Shown piece by piece: positions 50,281 to 61,500 of a DNA stretch of 64,000 nucleotides. The notes below the pieces were generated by a model. It made no database searches and was not told the origin of the DNA. It worked only from the letters and a program-made list of their open reading frames with translations. The first letter of the stretch is position 1. Every line of letters begins with the position of its first letter. The stretch is taken from positions 2,936 to 66,935 of IMG/VR virus record IMGVR_UViG_3300036853_000134; one strand, given 5' to 3'. The position numbers were made by a program, and so were the translations under genes. The DNA comes from a virus.

Positions 50281-51052
50281 CTAACTTTCGTGCGAAAAAC
50301 ATTTAACCTCCGGGAATTCGTGATATTCAACGCCGTTCAGCAGGTGACCGAGTTCGCCGGAATATTTGCCGCCGATCTGTTTGAAGAAGTACGGAACTTT
50401 GAACGCCTCGCACTGTTCGCGCAAATGTTCAGCGCTATCAATATCCAGCGGTCTATAGTTTGCGCCGCTCTCGCCGCCGACAATTATCCAATCAACCACC
50501 CCGGCCTGCAGAAATCTTATAATGTCCATTCTTCCCAGTAATGGCTCAACGGAAAGCCACCGGAGAGTTGCGGGAACTCTGGCCAGGATCGGGATTCTAA
50601 TATTTGCGTATTCCTGATTTTCAACGGTCGCGCCAAGCCAGACGTTCGATTGTGGTTTATCAAGCCATTCTTCCGGCAGGAAGCGGCTATAATTTTCAGG
50701 GCGCTTCGTGAGCAATTGCCAGTCAAGGAACGGAGTCTTTTCAATCAACGACCACAACCGCGTGCGGGCTTCGTTCAGCGCGGGATGATCTTCGCAAATG
50801 TCAGCCATCGACGCGCAAAATACCTTTCGGCGAACCCCTTCCTTTTGGGCCTTCGCGTTCCATTTAATAGGCTCGTTCCAGTGCTTATCACCGAAGAATC
50901 GACGCTCTGTATCCGGCCCCCATATCTGAAACCCGGTCCTCTTCGCAAAAGTATCCGCATAGCAACTCGTACAGGCCGGACTGATTTTCACGCAGCCCCA
51001 CCAGGGGTTAAAACGTATGATCAGTCCAGCTAATCCCAGTAATTTCGCCCAT
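50281..51052 (-). CDS. DUF5131 (gp37/gp68 radical-SAM-like) protein with +1 frameshift
   Basis: MGEITGISWTDHTF, then the +1 frame NPWWGCVKISPACTSCYA; LLTKRP; WLSVEPLL; GGESG; FFKQ. Confidence 0.85.
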
Positions 51053-51081
51053 CCTGATCACTCCTTTCTTTGCGCAGTTTT

Positions 51082-51633
51082 TCAGCGCTCCAGTGCCTCC
51101 CTTTTTCCGTTAAACCGCCCCGTCGTCAGGTCGTTTTGCACTTTACCCGTTCTCTTTCGCTCTCTGTGATAATGGCACCTTGAGCAAACCGCTTGCACGT
51201 CCTCGTGGTGAATTGCAGCATACCCAAGGTAGTGGTCGTATTCGTGGCGACGACCACCGGGAGCGTATTGATGCCCGCAGTCCACACAAGGAAGATTATC
51301 CGGATCATCCAATATCCCCGCATGGACAAAATAATTAATACGTCCTCGTGCTTGCTTTCTATCGCCATCACGGGCCGGAACAAAAGCACGGCCTTTTTCT
51401 GGGCGATTCCTTTTTACATATCTGAGACGATGCTTGATATTTCTGCCATCCCGGCAGCCCACCGCAAGGCCATCACTGCGCGATGAGTCTCTTCCGAAAG
51501 ACTCTTTCGGGTGCCAGCGCTTGCAGGCTACACACCATTTATTACCAGCGTCCAGATTGCGCCTATATTGTTGCTCAGTGGTTCCCAGCAGCCTAGCCGC
51601 CGACTTGATCGCCCCGTCGCGTGTTTGCGCCAT
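51082..51633 (-). CDS. HNH endonuclease
   Basis: CVAC...C; CVDCG...HEYDHY...VCSRCH. Confidence 0.8.
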   Translation of the reverse strand: MAQTRDGAIKSAARLLGTTEQQYRRNLDAGNKWCVACKRWHPKESFGRDSSRSDGLAVGCRDGRNIKHRLRYVKRNRPEKGRAFVPARDGDRKQARGRINYFVHAGILDDPDNLPCVDCGHQYAPGGRRHEYDHYLGYAAIHHEDVQAVCSRCHYHRERKRTGKVQNDLTTGRFNGKREALER

Positions 51634-51636
51634 GAT

Positions 51637-51693
51637 TCAATTATACGATGGACAGCAGATGAATGTCCATGAAATTCCAGTTGTTTCACCCAT
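51637..51693 (-). pseudogene. Orphaned original N-terminus of the DUF5131 gene
   Basis: MGETTGISWT(FICCPSYN*), coupled to the ASCH stop via TAATG. Confidence 0.7.
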
Positions 51694-52034
51694 TAATCCA
51701 ACCTCTCAAATTCTATTCGATTTACTTTCGCCATTGGCGGGCATTGATTGGCCGCACAGAAGAAGTCGATAAACTCTTCCTTCGACACGTCAGGGAATCC
51801 CTCTAACGCGCATTCACCGTCAGCCATCGCGTCCAGTCGCTCATTGGTGACGCTGATGATACGAATCTGACCGAGTCGCTGAACCTTCTCGCCCTTCTTC
51901 AATCCCTGCGACTTCACGACAGCATTGACAATATCGCCTGGCTTCAGATTCGCCCAACCAAGTCGTCGCGTAACGGTTTTGGACCGATCAAGAAACTGTT
52001 TCGTTGTCAGCGCAAATGACATATTTCGTGGCAT
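51693..52034 (-). CDS. ASCH domain protein
   Basis: MPRNMSFALT...KTVTRRLGW--LKPGD...EGF...VNRIEF. Confidence 0.8.
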   Translation of the reverse strand: MPRNMSFALTTKQFLDRSKTVTRRLGWANLKPGDIVNAVVKSQGLKKGEKVQRLGQIRIISVTNERLDAMADGECALEGFPDVSKEEFIDFFCAANQCPPMAKVNRIEFERLD

Positions 52035-52255
52035 CAATCCCATTCCCTTCTATCGCAATCTGGACATGGCTCGTTTCCATCGCCGTGGATACATCCGTCA
52101 TCACTGCCGTGACAAATATCATCGATACAAACCACAATGAATCCGCGCCCATAACAGGTGTGACAGAATCCGCTACCGCGATCTTCGTCATCACCGAACG
52201 TTTCGAGATACTCGTCCTCAGTTTGTATGTCGCGCATATTAAATCCTGCCTTCAC
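52034..52255 (-). CDS. Cys-rich Zn-finger protein
   Basis: CHTCYG...CIDDIC...CPDC. Confidence 0.55.
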   Translation of the reverse strand: MKAGFNMRDIQTEDEYLETFGDDEDRGSGFCHTCYGRGFIVVCIDDICHGSDDGCIHGDGNEPCPDCDRREWD

Positions 52256-53114
52256 GGGCAGCTTTCGTCAGTCTGAATCCGTCCGTTACGAATCCAGCCC
52301 TTTGTAGAGCGCCCACATCGTCATAACCAAGATGCTCAAACTTGCCATCGCCGCAGAGAAATATATGGCCAGAACTAACTTGGTCGATCTTGCGGCCATC
52401 GCGCATTAAGCGGAGAATCCTTTGTTGATTGGGCGTTAATTCTACTTTCGCCATAAATCCTCCATTCATTCGGAGCGGTGGCCGTCCCGCTCCATCTCAG
52501 AAACCCCATAACTATTGTGAGTCACCTGTTATTATGTAGCCGCGTTTACCGTGCAACCGCGCAGGCCGTACGCTCCCGCTTCCCGGAATCAAGGCGGCGC
52601 ATAGGCATTCTCCTTTCGGGAAACTCTCAACCCCACCCGGCCGTGCTCGCCTCCTCGGTCCTAACGATTCTGCGGCGCGACCGAGTGAGATGTCTAAAGT
52701 TCGTTTATCAACTTCCGCATATACTCAGCAATCAGCGCCGTGCTGCCAATCGCGTTTAAATCCTGACCGCGTAAATCAAACATGAAATTCTCGTCGTTGA
52801 CCTGTTCGCGCATTGCCGCTTTGCAAGCCTCCCAGGCTCTCTCGCCAGCCTTGAAATCAATTGATGCGTCAGGCGTCGTAGCCCACCACATTTTATAATG
52901 CTCGCTTGCCATTTTTACCACCACCCGAATGCGCGACCTACCGCGTTCTGGAAACCGTTAATCAGCCACCGATAGATAATAAATCCGCCGATGATCGCAC
53001 CAGCCACAAACGAACCTGCCATCCATAACCAGAACATAATCTCCTCCATCCCGCCACCCGGACCCGCCGCCGCATCTCCCCAGAAATGGAACGACGGGTT
53101 GCCGGGCAGGGGAG

Positions 53115-54176
53115 CTATTTAAACCTTGCCTTTTTGTTCGCGTTCAACTTTTCCGTCAGCGCCTTTGCCAGTGCCGCTATCAACTTCTGTCCATCGCCGG
53201 CCGCCACATGCTCGATACTTCTCACGCCGGTAGCGGTTTCGATAATCGAATCAATGTCATCATTGTCCAGTCCAGCATCGGCAAGCTTGACGGTAAACTC
53301 TTCGGCTTTCATCGCGGTTTCGTCATCAATGAATTCAGCGGTCAACGGATCGGTCGTTTCCGCGTCCAGTGCGGCGGATTCATATTGCGGATCGTCCAGT
53401 TTCCGTTCGCGATCGCGCTGTAGATCGGTCTTTTTGGGACCATCAACTATTTCCGCTATCATAATTTCGCCTTGATTGACGTGCTTCGGTTCGTCGTTCG
53501 CGTGGAAATCGCGGCGTGCATCGTTGAAGTTTTCAATCTCGCCTTCGTCACCAGGAAGACCCATGCCCATAAAGTAATCGGTAAACTGATCCTTCAGCGC
53601 CTCACCTGTTACGCGATGACCGAGCATTGTGGACGGTTGCGATTTGTAATTGTGCGCGTTCTTGTCGAACCATCCGCGCTTTTTGGCGTCCTCAATGGTG
53701 ACCGTAAAGGTTCTCTGCTCGTACCCGCGTCGCTTGATCGTACAGGTTGCCTTCTGTTCGGTTTTTACGAGATTGAACATCTCAAGCTGTCCTGACCGTC
53801 GCGCGACCGCCAGCATCAGGATCGGCTTAACAAATGGACGCTCCATTATTAGGTCGATGCCGCGAATCGAAGCCATAGGCGCAAGTCCCATCTCGCGGCC
53901 TGTCAGAATTACCGTGAGCGCGGCTTCAGGTGTCTTCAGATGCTTTGCGATGCCGCTGGCAATCAGAGCCTTTCCGACTCGCATCAGCACGTCCAATTCC
54001 TTTTCGGTCGGAATCGAAAGCGCCATTGATTTGTCAACGTTCCCGAATCCATCGCCGGGGTCGTTCCATTGATCATTTCTCCATTTATCGTCGGGCATTT
54101 TTCTACCGACAGCCTTTGGTTCTTTGCCTCTCACAAAGGCAACCGCCGCGTTATTATCGTCGTTATCTGGTAACAT
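53115..54176 (-). CDS. RecT-like single-strand annealing protein
   Basis: ILTGREMGLAPMASIRGI...P...TIEDAKKRG...YKSQPSTML. Confidence 0.75.
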   Translation of the reverse strand: MLPDNDDNNAAVAFVRGKEPKAVGRKMPDDKWRNDQWNDPGDGFGNVDKSMALSIPTEKELDVLMRVGKALIASGIAKHLKTPEAALTVILTGREMGLAPMASIRGIDLIMERPFVKPILMLAVARRSGQLEMFNLVKTEQKATCTIKRRGYEQRTFTVTIEDAKKRGWFDKNAHNYKSQPSTMLGHRVTGEALKDQFTDYFMGMGLPGDEGEIENFNDARRDFHANDEPKHVNQGEIMIAEIVDGPKKTDLQRDRERKLDDPQYESAALDAETTDPLTAEFIDDETAMKAEEFTVKLADAGLDNDDIDSIIETATGVRSIEHVAAGDGQKLIAALAKALTEKLNANKKARFK

Positions 54177-54484
54177 AAAATCTCCTTAAGAATAGTTAGA
54201 TTGCGTGTATGAACTTGCCGCCATATCTCTGAATCTGTCGATCTGCGCCTGCTCCGACCGGGTTAACTCAAATTCCTTTTCAATCGGATGCGCCTTGGCA
54301 ATCTCAAACATCATCATCGCGCTTCCGTTAAGGCTCATCGTGAGACGCAGTTCGCCGCTGGCCTTTTGCCACACGCAGATGTGGTCACCAGCGGGAAGCG
54401 TTGCGCGGTCAACGTATTTGTAGCCATCGTCAATTAGCGTACCCATTACGCTCTTCGGTTTTGGATCCTCGTCCGCGAATGTAA

Positions 54485-54931
54485 TCATAATTCACCCAGG
54501 GCTTTCTCAAGGTCGGTTGCGATTGTCGCCTTCGGAACTTGCGTAACCAACACAAAGTCCAGATTGGCGGTCGGTGCGATCTTCTCGAATGCTTTCGTGT
54601 CCAGGGTCAGCGCGATCTTATGCTCAAGTGCCCAATCGAAAGCGAGCTTCTTGTCGTAGCCGATTTCCGTGAACATCTTAATCGTGACACCCGGCGCGAC
54701 TTTCTTGTTGGTGGGATCCGTATCATAGGCATTGGCTGCCAAATGTCTCAGTTTCTCTTCGGCGAGCACCAGATCGGCCGCGCCGCCCTTGACTTCTTGA
54801 ATCAGTTCCGCGTTATCCTCTTCAAACTTTTTCTTCAGTTCGGCAAGTTGAGCCGTTAGCGAAGCCTGACAGCGCCGAATAGACGCGACTTCGTGAATCA
54901 TCAATAGCAGTTCTTCACTTACCATTTTCAA
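54485..54931 (-). CDS. Gam/Gp157-like protein
   Basis: Coiled coil plus GVTIK; lies in the recombination operon. Confidence 0.5.
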   Translation of the reverse strand: MKMVSEELLLMIHEVASIRRCQASLTAQLAELKKKFEEDNAELIQEVKGGAADLVLAEEKLRHLAANAYDTDPTNKKVAPGVTIKMFTEIGYDKKLAFDWALEHKIALTLDTKAFEKIAPTANLDFVLVTQVPKATIATDLEKALGEL

Positions 54932-55092
54932 CCTCCATTGTAGCCTTGACTATCTGCTCATCGTCCTCTTCTTCAACCCACACAATCTCAGCATCCCCGG
55001 CTTTAAAGAACTCCATCGTGTCAACCGCTGATTTATGCGGCTGTAGTTTTCGGACGACAAATTCGCCATTTTCCTGCTGCCCGACTTGCGTG

Positions 55093-55299
55093 TTATTTGG
55101 CATCTGATACCTCCGTTGGAAGATACATACTCTGATAGAAGAGAGTTTGATCCCCGGTAAACACAGTCCGAAATCCTTCGGGAATGATCTTCCATCCCTT
55201 GGATAGCGCATCATTGACGCCCATCTCAAATTCAAGGACATCGCCTTCGCCTAGCACGACCTGATATTCTTTTGCCTCAACTGCCATAATCCCCTCCAT
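55093..55299 (-). CDS. DUF1737 family protein
   Basis: YQVV...VNDALSKGW...FYQSM. Confidence 0.7.
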   Translation of the reverse strand: MEGIMAVEAKEYQVVLGEGDVLEFEMGVNDALSKGWKIIPEGFRTVFTGDQTLFYQSMYLPTEVSDAK

Positions 55300-55636
55300 T
55301 CGCCCGGCAGACCGCCAGGGAAGCTATTAAGTATTTCGCCTGACCGTGACCGTAAACTTATCGCCCGATTTCGTGTCTGGAAATTCGACCGCGCCGACCT
55401 CAAGCGTATTCGATCCACAATGTTCGTTATAAACGGCGAGCCAGATTACTTCATCGCTAATAACATCGGCTTCGGCATCCATTGCTACCTCAAACGTCGC
55501 GCATTCCCTCTCCGCGCTGGCCAGGATGCGCTTGGCGGCGTCGATTGCATCCCTCATCGCTGGACCAAAAGAGCTATCCCAGTCGCGTACAAGTGCCCGC
55601 AGCGCGTCAATATCGGCTGGCGTGATGCTGATTAGC

Positions 55637-55843
55637 TTATTTGCCATTGGACGCCTTCTTTCCGTTCTTTGCGGGCTTGCCGTCAAACGGAGTCCGCTTA
55701 GTCTGTCCGGGCTTCCAAAATCCGTTACTGACCATCCATAACTGAAAACCCTTTTCGAGTATCCAATACATTTTGAGACCGGTTTTCTCAGACATCAACG
55801 ATAACTCTTGATGTGCTTCGTCTGAAATCTTTATCGTTTTCAT
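55637..55843 (-). CDS. Ribbon-helix-helix regulator
   Basis: MKTIKISDEAHQELSLMSEKTG; promoter TTGACA-17-TATTGT directly upstream. Confidence 0.7.
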   Translation of the reverse strand: MKTIKISDEAHQELSLMSEKTGLKMYWILEKGFQLWMVSNGFWKPGQTKRTPFDGKPAKNGKKASNGK

Positions 55844-56000
55844 ATTCAACACAATAAACCCGTCCAGTCTACTTGTCAACACTTATTTCTACTTTTGGAC
55901 ACTAACTGCAAAAATAAATTTATCGCAAAATTATTTCATCCCATCAGGCGCGGGGTTCGCTTGAGCAGGATTGGCGCGAGGCTGGGCGGGTAAAAATCAA

Positions 56001-56051
56001 AACCGCTCAGCTTGTGTTACAAGGACTGGTGGGTTCTTGTGCTGAGCGGTT
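56001..56051. repeat. Hairpin containing a copy of the ncRNA B 5' 11-mer
   Basis: AACCGCTCAGC/GCTGAGCGGTT stem; GTGTTACAAGG at 56014-56024 is identical to 56142-56152. Confidence 0.75.
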
Positions 56052-56105
56052 ATGAATGTCCATGCGCTGGATTAACGGTTTTCATATTAACTGAAAAGAA
56101 TATCG

Positions 56106-56135
56106 TTGACAACCGAAATCGAATCGTCGTATATT
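56106..56135 (+). promoter_or_regulatory. Sigma70-type promoter of ncRNA B
   Basis: TTGACA-18-TATATT. Confidence 0.7.
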
Positions 56136-56141
56136 GACCGC

Positions 56142-56586
56142 GTGTTACAAGGGAATCCAAACAATTCCCAATTTTGAATCCGTAATTCCTTCAACCTGTC
56201 ACTTTGTAAGTGAACGTTTTGAAGCTTTAAATACGGCGTGTCAGTAGAAGGCCACGACCGAGCTTGTCAAAGGGTAAGGCGGGGTCAAGAATCCGACCGA
56301 AGGCGATACGAAGTCGCGGGATTCATCAGCGAGGAGCAATCCAAGCAAATCAATCTTCCCCGGTGTGGAAGTGGCGCGATGAGGTTTAAGCAGTCGGGAG
56401 CGGTCGAATAGTCGCGCAATATAAATCAAAGGACACAACGGCACACCGAACAAGACCGTTGAAACGAAACGACACGCCCGGACTCTGGAAACAATTCCGT
56501 GGGGATGAAACAGAGATTTGAGCCGGGGACGGTTCTTATCTCCCAGTGTCCACGCGTAAGGATGTAATCGGATAGGAGTTGAGTAA
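56142..56586 (+). ncRNA. Putative large structured ncRNA, copy B
   Basis: Collinear motif blocks shared with 30414-30858; GNRA hairpin GAGCCG-GGGA-CGGTTC; long-range complementarity. Confidence 0.65.
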
Positions 56587-57144
56587 GTGGCAGTTTCAAA
56601 AAAAATAATAGAACAGCCGACGATCAAAGAAATGCTGGTTAAGCTATGGTCGGTTGCGGCAGCGCAGCCAGGGTACGATTCCATCGCTTGGCGTCAATTT
56701 CAAGGCGCTCTGGTAAAAGCCGGGATCAAGCCACTTGTCATCACAGACGATGATATTAAGTCTGGTGCGGCTGTTGAATTGCCGATTATCAGAAAGAAGA
56801 TTCGCGGGCTTTGCTATACACACGCAGAGATTAATTTGCCGGAAGTTCAAGCGTTGCGAGCGATGCCGTATAGACAGTATCTTACAACTGCCCACTGGAA
56901 AGCCGTTAGAGAAAGGGCGATTCGTGAGGCAAACGGCGAATGCAGAATGTGCGGCCATTCGAGAAAACTAATCGGGCACCATCAGAACTATGATTTTGTG
57001 GGATGCGAAGAAAGCAAGGATGTGATCGCAATTTGTAATGGCTGTCACGAAAAACATCACGGAAAGAGCAAGCGCAAGAGAAGGCTATTCAATCGGAAAT
57101 CACGCGGCGATTATTACGGACTTACGCGACAGTCTGATATTTGA
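56587..57144 (+). CDS. HNH endonuclease with N-terminal extension
   Basis: YRQYLTTAHWKAVR...CRMCG...HHQNY...G-E---DVIAICNGCHEKHH; SD AGGAG. Confidence 0.85.
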   Translation: MAVSKKIIEQPTIKEMLVKLWSVAAAQPGYDSIAWRQFQGALVKAGIKPLVITDDDIKSGAAVELPIIRKKIRGLCYTHAEINLPEVQALRAMPYRQYLTTAHWKAVRERAIREANGECRMCGHSRKLIGHHQNYDFVGCEESKDVIAICNGCHEKHHGKSKRKRRLFNRKSRGDYYGLTRQSDI

Positions 57145-57175
57145 TTTAACGATTAGCCGCCCACGGGAGGACGCG

Positions 57176-58491
57176 ATGGACGAGAAATCAGCAATAGACC
57201 GTGATAGATATAATATAGGAATTGCAAAAGCGCTGAAGTCTGATTTAGCACAGCAGGCCCGAGAACACTATAGCCGGCTCTCGGACAGCGCCAACGAATT
57301 CAACTCCGTCATTCCTAGCGCGATTAACGTATGGGAATGTATTGACGATGTTCTGATGGGAGAAATTAGCCCTGATATTCCAACTGCGAGCCTTCTTCAG
57401 TCTGTCAACGATGCGCGTCTCCGCTCTATCCGGTCATTGATCGACTACGCACTACGCGTCAAGGTAGCCGCCGCTGTCCAGGCGCAGCGCGAAAAAGACG
57501 CGGGGATCGTGGAAACAATGATGGCAAGCTATGAATATTGTCCTGATAACGACAAGATTACCGTAGGCGGGATGCGCTCACTGATAAAAATGGCCATCGA
57601 AAAGATAAAGGAGCAGCCGTGACTATCCGAGAATTCTTTCGCCGTATCTTTAAACCGTATCCGAGATGCTCCGTGAAAGGCTGCATTCTTCGTCATGGAC
57701 TATTCCAATCAGGCAAGAAGTATCACGTCCATTGCACGACCGACGGCACCATGTTTGTGCGCGGGATCGATATAATTCTGGAAAAGATTAAGGAGCAATC
57801 GTGATAACCCTAAAAGACATTGATTTCAAGGAATTCGACATAGCGGAGGACCGGTTGACGCTGATTAAGACCGGCATCCGCGATTTGCTGCAAGAGGCTC
57901 TGGTTACGGCGCAACGGGCAGAGCGGGAAAGGTGCGCGGGGATTGTACGTAGCTACAAGAATAACGGAATTGATCTGCCGGAAAACCCGCACGATTTCAA
58001 TCATTGCATAGAAGCAGCGGCCCGTGAAATGGAGGACGGAAAGTTATGATTACGATACCGCAAGCTGAACCGGGCGAGATCGAAGTGGGAGAACTCTACC
58101 TAATGACGTGTAAGGAATTTGGGACGCCGAGGCTTGTCACGATAGACAAAAATATAGACGGCAAATACTGGGAACTGATGACTGCGGGCCACGCAAGGCA
58201 TGTCGATATGACGCCTGGTATTAAGCTGTTCGGCCCAATCGAAATCCGGCAGGGGAAGGAAGGTGAGTGATGAGTTTATTTCCAGGCGAAGCCGAAGCGA
58301 TTGAAACTGTTAAGCGGTTAGGCGCTCAGTTTGGCTACGGCAATCTTATCCATCATTTGAAAGACGCGTGGTCAGAGTCGCTACAGAAACAAAACGCCAT
58401 CTTTGATAAACAGACAGCAGATAGAGCGGCGGGCCACGTCTGCGCGTGGTGCAAGGTTGACGGACGAACAGGTAAGAAGGTCAAAGGGTGA
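57176..58491 (+). other. Operon of small hypothetical genes (57176, 57619, 57801, 58046, 58267)
   Basis: Stop/start-overlapping ORFs with SD sequences. Confidence 0.55.
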
Positions 58492-58561
58492 CCACCTCCC
58501 CCACCGCATACCGCTCCGGCGGCTTCACCTACGCGTCATACATGCGCCATCGCTGCGGGTA

Positions 58562-61500
58562 TCAGTGAGTGCCTTGCAGTAGCTTCGTAAATCGTTGCCA
58601 CGCCTCTTTTCGTGCGGTCACAGCCCTACCGTAAGTCTCTCTCTGCGCGGGTGTGAGCGATTGCTTGAACTTCGCTTCATTCGTGGCGCTGCCGGTAAAC
58701 AGCGGTCTGAATCCGGCGTCCGCGTACTCCGCTTTTTCCGTACCCGCGTGAAATCCCGCCCATTCGTCAATGGCTTTCTTGATCTTCGTCCGAGCTTCCA
58801 GCCGGTCGTCGATCCCTGGTTTCGTCCCGCGCAATTCACCGAGCAATCGCTTAATCTCAGATTCGGCAGTCGGTAAGTCGGCGGTTTCCAGCGACCGTTT
58901 TAGCTGCGTCAACTCTGACGCGCCACCGCTGAAAGTATCCATTGGGATGCGATTCGCCTGCTTGAACTTCGTGGCGAGCGACTGCACGTCTCTAATCTCC
59001 TGTGGCGTGCGTTTGTAGGTCTGCGTACCGATACCGATGACTGTCGGCAGGGTTTTCACGAATCCCGGCGCGCCAGAGTCCTTGTAGCCTTCGTACAGGT
59101 CACGTCCTACCATTGGAGCGACCATGTTTGCCGCCGCGCCTTTCCATGTGAATTTATCCCCGACGATATTCGAGCCCATCTTATAATCGATTGCTGTACC
59201 CAGCGCTGGTGCTGTCTTTCCACGTAGATAATGAAGCGCGACGTTGCCCGGTTGCTGAGCCTGTGTATTTTCAATACCGCGAGCATTATTCGACAGTCCG
59301 CGCACAAGCTGAAACGCGACTCTCATATCCTGATTCTGTCCGCGCGTGAGATCATAGCTGGTATTTCCCGCTCTGACCTTCAGAAAATCCGGGTCGTCTG
59401 GATCTGTACTTACTTTCAGTCCAGCCGCAGCCGCGAGCCCCAGCGCCGTAACAACACCGCCATAATAGAGTCCCAATGTCCGCCCGGCGATTCGACGCAT
59501 CGCTGGATTCTTGCTTGCCAGCCCATTGAGCATCTGAAAACGCGATGCCATATATCGTGGACTAAACAGGAACAGATTGGCTACTCCGGTCGCGACTTTT
59601 GCCTCATGTGGATACCATCCCTCGCCCAGGTCGCCGCGCCCGGTCGTTCGATTGATGAACTTCGCGAGTTGCTGGAATGCTTCTGGGTTCTTCTCTGGAG
59701 TGTAACCACCTGCCTTATCAGACTTCATTAACTGCGATTCAACTTGATATGCGCGAATCCTTTGCCAGTCGAGGAACGCGGAATATGCGCGCTCGGAACC
59801 AGCGTAGAGCCTACCAATATATGGAATCTTTTCGGGTAGCTTCGATAGAAACGCCTCTTCACGTCCAGCGGATTGCAGCGGATCACCGGCAAAGTATAGT
59901 CCCGCTTTCTTGGCTTCACCAAAAAACGGCATCTTTTGAATCTCATCATAGACGCGGGTTTGCCCGACTTCCGACATCGCCTGAAATTGTTTTATGAATG
60001 CCTCTGCCGCGATCTTTGGATGCGCGAATACCTGGACCAATCCCTGGCGACCACCAGCGGATATGTCGATAGAGGTCAGTAGTGATTTCGGCGCGTTGAT
60101 TACATCGGATGCTGCGCGCAGGACCTTTGCACCGATACCCTCATTCATCCGTTTGATAATCTGCTGAACTTCGCGAGTCGCCGCCCGGTTCTCGTTTTGC
60201 AGCTTGACATTTTCAGCGGTCAGCGGCAATTTTGCTTTCGGTGTTTTTTCAAAGTTGCCCGTCCGCAACATCTCTTCGAGCTCAGCCTGACGCTTGACGA
60301 GTCGTTTACGGAGCGCCTCATTCTGGCTGGCCTGCTTCTTTGCGATCGCCGCCGGGTCAGCATCTTTGAGAGCTTGGTAGGTTTTCTTTGCGGCGTCGCG
60401 TCGCTGTTTGAGCGCTTCCAATTGCAGGTTGGTCACCGGGTCGGCCTTGGCTTTCGCGGTAAAATCCTTGTCGCTTATCCGCCGATCATATTCGGTAATC
60501 GACTTTTCAAGTGAGCGTTGCGCCATTTCGATCCGCTGGGCATCGGTCATCCTGCGCGGTCCGTTGATAGCGTCAAGGGTTGCGCGCAAAGAATCCCGTT
60601 CGGCCTGCAATGCTTTCGCCTCGGCGTCTAATGGCACAGGCGTCCGTTGTGGCGGCTTCTCGCCAGTCTTTATCTGCCGATCCAGATCCTGAATTGCATT
60701 CTTCAGCCGCGTCTTCACACCATCAAGCGCCGACTTCTGTTGCTGCTCCGGTGACCGCTCACTGCCTTCAATTTTAATACCGTGTTCTCGCTTTAGCTGA
60801 TTCAATCGCTGGGTCCGCGCGCGTTCTTCGGCTGTCGGCGGATCGGGTTGGTATCCACTTCGCGGCGGTCGTTTACCAGCAACGATATCCTCTTCAGCGG
60901 AAACGTCTCGCAATTCCCGTTTGATCTTGCGCAATTCGGTGTCAATCGCATCCTTTGATGGGCGGCTGGTTTTACCTGATCCGCTAATTGCATCCCGAAT
61001 ATCACGATAGGTGAATCCATCTGGCAGGGCATCTTTTACATCGGAGTAGATAGAATCCACTATATCGACTGCTTTAACCATCCCAGCTTCGATTCTATTG
61101 CGCGCCATTTTCGTTAACAGCGTCACGGCTTCGGCTGGCAAAGTCAAGCCGACGACCGCGCCAGCTTCAGGACCGCCCAGCCCCTTTGACGGCGGCTCTT
61201 TCGACTTGAACAGGTTTTTAAACTCGGCCTTCAGCGAATCGAAATCATTATCGAGTTTCGCCTTTGTGACCGTCCGCCTGGTCCGTCGCGCCGCAGTCTT
61301 TACTTCATCGTCGATCTTTTTAACCGCTCTATCAGCGGCTCTCTGTGCGTCAATCTCATCCTGTTTGGCTAAATCTTCGGACGTGCGCTTGATCGTCTCG
61401 GACAATTCTTTCAATCGAACGGCGGTCTTTTCCGGAACGGGCTGGCCATCGTTTGCGATCTTCGCACGGCGCATCAGATTGTCGAGCGAATAGTCCTCAC

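Noticed and set aside
52470-52693. Hairpin-rich intergenic stretch
   Set aside because: Several short hairpins and a tiny ORF, but none of the A/B blocks and no clear promoter, so there is not enough to call a feature.
56241-56684. 147-aa minus-strand ORF and similar ORFs over the ncRNA regions (30583-30831, 30828-31037)
   Set aside because: No SD or recognisable motif, atypical composition, and not conserved between copies A and B, whereas the nucleotide blocks are.
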